Positions 59,660 to 64,000 of a stretch of DNA of 64,000 bases are shown in pieces. The notes under the pieces are model-generated. The model was not told the origin of the DNA. It searched no databases and was given only the letters and a program-made list of their open reading frames with translations. The stretch comes from Lachnospiraceae bacterium. Its GTDB lineage: Bacteria > Bacillota > Clostridia > Lachnospirales > Lachnospiraceae. Location of the stretch: positions 3,312,949 through 3,376,948 of the forward strand of contig CP107199.1 in NCBI GenBank assembly GCA_025758065.1. The letters run 5' to 3'. The position numbers and the translations under genes are program-made. The first letter of the stretch is position 1, and each line of letters begins with the position of its first letter.

Positions 59660-61405
59660 ATGGCATTCGACGGTATTACCATAGCAAATCTCGTCTGGGA
59701 ATTTAAGCACACCTTAGAAGGCGGAAAAATCGCAAAGATTGCCCAGCCAGAAAAGGACGAACTGCTTATTACCATTAAAAATAACAAAGAAAACTATCGC
59801 CTGCAGATTTCTGCCAGTGCAAGCCTGCCTCTTATTTATCTTACAGCAAACAATAAGACCAGTCCTCTCACTGCACCAAATTTCTGTATGCTTTTAAGAA
59901 AACATATCGGCAGTGCCCGCATTATCTCTGTAAAGCAGCCGGGGCTGGAGCGTATTTTAGAATTTGAACTGGAGCATTTAGATGAATTAGGAGACCTGTG
60001 CAGAAAGCGCCTGATCGTAGAGATCATGGGAAAACACAGCAACATTATCTTCTGTAAAGAAGACGGAACTATCATCGACAGCATCAAACACGTTTCTGCC
60101 AGCATGAGTTCTGTAAGAGAGGTTCTGCCTGGCCGGGAATATTTTATTCCCCAGACCATCGCAAAGGAAAATCCTCTGGAAGTGACAGAAGACGTTTTCA
60201 AAAACTGTATTTCCACCTCTCCTACTTCTGTGCAGAAGGCTTTATACGGGCACCTTACCGGCATCAGTCCTATTATCGCCGAAGAGCTGTGCCACCTGGC
60301 TTCCATTGATTCTGACCGCTCAGCTACTGAACTGACAGAACCGGAGCTGATCCACCTGTATCATACCTTCCGTCTGATGATGGAGGATATAAAAGACGGG
60401 CATTTTTCTCCCTCTGTTATATATGACGGCGACACTCCCATTGAATATGCCAGCGTTCCTCTCAGCTGCTACGACAGCAAGGGATATTGCAGGAAAGCTT
60501 ATGATTCCATCAGTGCACTTCTGGAAAATTATTATGCCTCCAGGGACACTATTACCCGTATCCGTCAGAAATCTTCTGACCTGCGGCGTATTGTACAGAC
60601 TGCCTTAGAACGCAGCTGCAAGAAATACGACCTGCAGTTAAAACAGTTAAAGGATACAGAGAAGCGGGAAAAATACAGGATCTATGGAGAGCTTTTAAAC
60701 ACGTATGGTTATGAGTTAAAGGGTGGGGAAAAGTCTTTTAAGTGCATTAATTATTATGATAATAAAGAGATCACGATCCCGCTGGATCCACAGCTGACCG
60801 CCCGTGAAAATGCCCAGAAGCATTTTGATAAGTATAATAAATTAAAACGTACTTACGAAGCTTTAAGCCAGCTGACCAAAGAAACAAAGGCTGAGGTGGA
60901 TCATCTGGAATCTGTAAGTTCTGCCCTTGACATTGCTTTAGATGAAAATGATCTGGTCCAGATCAAAGAAGAGCTGATGGAATTTGGTTATGTGAAAAAA
61001 CGCCGTGCCAACGAAAAACGGCCAAAGATCACAAGTAAACCTTTCCACTATGTATCTTCTGACGGCTATGACATTTTTGTAGGAAAAAATAACTATCAGA
61101 ATGAAGAGCTTACTTTTAAAGTAGCAAGCGGCAATGACTGGTGGTTCCATGCTAAAGGCATTCCCGGTTCCCATGTGATCGTAAAGAGCAGTGGACAGAC
61201 TGATCTGCCAGACCGGGTATTTGAAGAAGCCGGTGCTTTGGCTGCTTATTATTCTAAAGGCCGGGAAAATGATAAAGTAGAGATCGACTATATACAGAAG
61301 AAAAATATCAGGAAGGTTGCCGGAGCTGCCCCGGGATTTGTAATATATCATACCAATTACTCTCTGGTAGCTTCTCCAAAATGCGATCTGCAGGAAGTAA
61401 AATAG
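59660..61405 (+). CDS. rqcH: Rqc2/RqcH (NFACT, FbpA-like) ribosome quality control protein
   Basis: MAFDG, FCMLLRKH, EIMGKHSNII, VGKNNYQN and WWFHAKGIPGSHV. Confidence 0.93.
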   Translation: MAFDGITIANLVWEFKHTLEGGKIAKIAQPEKDELLITIKNNKENYRLQISASASLPLIYLTANNKTSPLTAPNFCMLLRKHIGSARIISVKQPGLERILEFELEHLDELGDLCRKRLIVEIMGKHSNIIFCKEDGTIIDSIKHVSASMSSVREVLPGREYFIPQTIAKENPLEVTEDVFKNCISTSPTSVQKALYGHLTGISPIIAEELCHLASIDSDRSATELTEPELIHLYHTFRLMMEDIKDGHFSPSVIYDGDTPIEYASVPLSCYDSKGYCRKAYDSISALLENYYASRDTITRIRQKSSDLRRIVQTALERSCKKYDLQLKQLKDTEKREKYRIYGELLNTYGYELKGGEKSFKCINYYDNKEITIPLDPQLTARENAQKHFDKYNKLKRTYEALSQLTKETKAEVDHLESVSSALDIALDENDLVQIKEELMEFGYVKKRRANEKRPKITSKPFHYVSSDGYDIFVGKNNYQNEELTFKVASGNDWWFHAKGIPGSHVIVKSSGQTDLPDRVFEEAGALAAYYSKGRENDKVEIDYIQKKNIRKVAGAAPGFVIYHTNYSLVASPKCDLQEVK

Positions 61406-61454
61406 GTAATATCATCCCCCGCCCGTGAGCGGGAAAAGTTAAAACTCTATATAC

Positions 61455-61479
61455 AAAAAACGCCCTTCGGGGCGTTTTT
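61455..61479 (+). terminator. Intrinsic terminator after rqcH
   Basis: AAAAAACGCCC-TTCG-GGGCGTTTTT. Confidence 0.85.
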
Positions 61480-61614
61480 ATTATACTTAAAAAACCTGTT
61501 ACAGGCAGCATTTTCCAGATGCATGCACTCTGAATATAAAACAGCCGGTCCATCAGACATAGCTGACGACCGGCCGATTTATTTTACTTCAAGCGAACCA
61601 ATTCCGTGCAAGAA

Positions 61615-61791
61615 TTAGTTATACTTACGCTTACGAGCAGCTTCAGACTTTTTCTTACGTCTTACGCTTGGCTTCTCGTAATGCTCTCTTTTACGAATTT
61701 CCTGCTGAATGCCAGCCTTTGCGCAGTTTCTCTTGAATCTGCGTAAAGCACTGTCTAAGCTCTCGTTATCTTTAACAATTACGTTTGACAT
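61615..61791 (-). CDS. rpsU: 30S ribosomal protein bS21 (not in ORF track)
   Basis: Hand translation [58 protein letters not shown]. Confidence 0.97.
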   Translation of the reverse strand: MSNVIVKDNESLDSALRRFKRNCAKAGIQQEIRKREHYEKPSVRRKKKSEAARKRKYN

Positions 61792-61944
61792 CGCTCACAC
61801 CTAACCTCCCTCCAGTTGTGTAATTGTGCATAATACAACTGTTTGGGTATTTTTAGCACTGCTATGATTATAGCATAAAATTCCCATACGTCAAGAAAAA
61901 TTTTATATTTTTCTGCGTTTTTTGCACTTTTTATTCAAACAGGC

Positions 61945-64000
61945 TTATTTGGTCTGTTCTTCTACTACTTCAACGGCTTTCTTTAAAGCTTCTTCAATGC
62001 CTGCAGGATTCTTACCACCGGCCTGAGCCATATTCGGACGGCCACCGCCGCCGCCACCTACAAGACCGGCAATAGCCTTGATCAGGTTGCCTGCATGAGC
62101 ACCCTTCTTCTGTGCCTCATCTGTTGCAGTTGCCATTAAGCTTACTTTTCCATCCATAACGGAAGCGATCACAACTACACCTTCACCGATCTTATCCTTT
62201 AGCTGGTCACCCAGATTTCTAAGACCGTTCATATCTACATCAGCCACCTTAGAAGCAAGTACCTTAACGCCATTTACTTCTTTAACCTGGCTTAATACAT
62301 CTCCTAAGGAGTCATTTGCCATTTTGCTCTTTAACTTTTCATTTTCAGAGTTCAATGCCTTGATCTCATCTAACAGGGACTGGATCTTTGCATTAAGACC
62401 TGCCGGAGTTGTTTTAGCTGTCTTCGCTGCTTCCTGAAGCTCTGTCTCTACTTCTGTATAATGTTTCATCAGACCATCAGATGTAAGTGCTTCAATACGT
62501 CTTACACCAGCTGCGATACCTGCCTCGGAAAGGATCTTAAAATATCCAATGGTACTGGTATTAGCTACATGAGTACCGCCGCAAAGTTCTGTGGAGAAAT
62601 CTCCCATCTTTACAACACGTACCTTTTCACCATACTTTTCTCCAAACAGCGCCATAGCACCTGTTTTCTTTGCTTCATCTAAAGTCATAACCTCGGTTAC
62701 AACCGGAAGCGCAGCCTGGATCTCTTCATTTACAATATCTTCTACCTTCTTGATCTCCTCTGGAGTCATAGCAGAAAAATGGGTAAAGTCGAAACGAAGA
62801 CGTCCTGCATCTACATAGGAACCAGCCTGTTCTACATGGCTTCCTAATACAGTACGCAATGCTTTCTGCAGCAGGTGGGTAGCACTATGGTTCTTGCTGG
62901 TCAGTGCACGGTTCTTCGGGCATACAGACAAGGTAACTGTCTCGCCGGCACTTAACATTCCCTTAGTCATAACACCTACATGGCCGATCTTTCCGCCCTG
63001 TAAATGAATGGTCTCTTCTACCTTAAATTCACCGTTGGCACTGTGGATGGTGCCCTTATCGCCCTGCTGTCCACCCATAGTTCCGTAGAATGTGGTCTGG
63101 TCTGCAATAATGGTTCCTCTCTGGCCATCTGTTAAAGCTTCTACGATCTCATCTTCTGTAGTCAGAACAGAGATCCTGGAGTCTACATCTAATTTATCGT
63201 AACCTACGAATTCAGAGGTGATAGAAGCATCAATAGACTGATATACAGTTACGTCTGCACCCATATAGTTGGTTGTCTTACGTGCCTTACGTGCCTTGTC
63301 CTTCTGCTCCTTCATAGCTGCTGCAAAGCCTTCTTCATCAACAGTGCAGCCCTTTTCTTCCAGGATCTCCTTAGTCAGATCTACCGGGAAACCGTAAGTA
63401 TCATACAGCTTAAATGCATTTTCACCGGAAAGGGTCTTCTCACCGGCAGCTGCCATAGCATCTTCCATTTCAGCAAGGATAGCCAGACCCTGATCGATGG
63501 TCTTGTTAAATTTATCTTCTTCCTCAGTCAGCACCTTAAAGATCATGGACTGCTTCTCTTCCAGTTCTGGATATCCGTCCTTGGAAAGTTCAATAACAGT
63601 CTTGGAAAGCTCTGCAAGGAACTTACCTTCAATGCCAAGCTTTCTTCCATGGCGTGCTGCACGGCGCAGAAGACGGCGCAGTACATAGCCTCTTCCTTCA
63701 TTAGAAGGCATGATACCATCAGAGATCATGAACGTACAGGACTTAATATGGTCTGTAACAATACGAAGAGAAACATCGGTTTCATGGTCTTTCTGGTATT
63801 CTTTATCAGAAAGAGCACATACTCTGTCTAAAAGAGCCTTGTTGGTATCTACAGTAAAAAGGGAGTCTACATCCTGAACAACAACTGCCAGACGTTCCAG
63901 ACCCATACCTGTATCAATATTTTTCTGCTTCAGTTCAGAATAATGGCCATGACCATCATTGTCAAACTGGCTGAATACATTGTTCCATACTTCGATGTAA
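61945..64000 (-). CDS. alaS: Alanine--tRNA ligase, 3' part (5' end beyond the window)
   Basis: IDTGMGLERL, GRGYVLRRLLRR, LYDTYGFP, NHSATHLL, ELCGGTH and GGGGGGRP. Confidence 0.97.
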   Translation of the reverse strand, partial: YIEVWNNVFSQFDNDGHGHYSELKQKNIDTGMGLERLAVVVQDVDSLFTVDTNKALLDRVCALSDKEYQKDHETDVSLRIVTDHIKSCTFMISDGIMPSNEGRGYVLRRLLRRAARHGRKLGIEGKFLAELSKTVIELSKDGYPELEEKQSMIFKVLTEEEDKFNKTIDQGLAILAEMEDAMAAAGEKTLSGENAFKLYDTYGFPVDLTKEILEEKGCTVDEEGFAAAMKEQKDKARKARKTTNYMGADVTVYQSIDASITSEFVGYDKLDVDSRISVLTTEDEIVEALTDGQRGTIIADQTTFYGTMGGQQGDKGTIHSANGEFKVEETIHLQGGKIGHVGVMTKGMLSAGETVTLSVCPKNRALTSKNHSATHLLQKALRTVLGSHVEQAGSYVDAGRLRFDFTHFSAMTPEEIKKVEDIVNEEIQAALPVVTEVMTLDEAKKTGAMALFGEKYGEKVRVVKMGDFSTELCGGTHVANTSTIGYFKILSEAGIAAGVRRIEALTSDGLMKHYTEVETELQEAAKTAKTTPAGLNAKIQSLLDEIKALNSENEKLKSKMANDSLGDVLSQVKEVNGVKVLASKVADVDMNGLRNLGDQLKDKIGEGVVVIASVMDGKVSLMATATDEAQKKGAHAGNLIKAIAGLVGGGGGGRPNMAQAGGKNPAGIEEALKKAVEVVEEQTK

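Overview
A Firmicute chromosome segment; gene content and order suggest Lachnospiraceae (inference). About 18.7-64 kb is mostly core housekeeping: NCS2 permease, pepT, a hisZGDBA(IE) operon, recU, trpS, an rRNA-modification cluster, coaD/rsmD, recG, fakA, rpmB, cinA/pgsA/rimO, rpoZ/gmk/yicC, rqcH, rpsU and alaS. About 2.3-15.9 kb is an accessory signalling island. It is bounded by a tyrosine-integrase remnant and an XRE-HTH remnant, and encodes two intact hybrid histidine kinases, two deletion-eroded kinase pseudogenes, a broken Hpt protein, a REC-HD-GYP phosphodiesterase and an orphan solute-binding lipoprotein. Its two main transcription units each start with a c-di-GMP-I riboswitch plus a terminator. 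One unit also has an (AAGC)17 microsatellite in a leader ORF, and one kinase has a G11 tract at its 3' end. Two complete IS elements are present with readable TIRs and target duplications. Two families of short palindromic intergenic repeats (MITE/REP-like) sit just after stop codons. Notable fusions are a catalytically degenerate HisF-like barrel on HisIE, and an RsuA-type pseudouridine synthase fused to a HAD phosphatase. No CRISPR array, rRNA or tRNA gene was seen. All family calls come from motif recognition by eye; no database searches were run.
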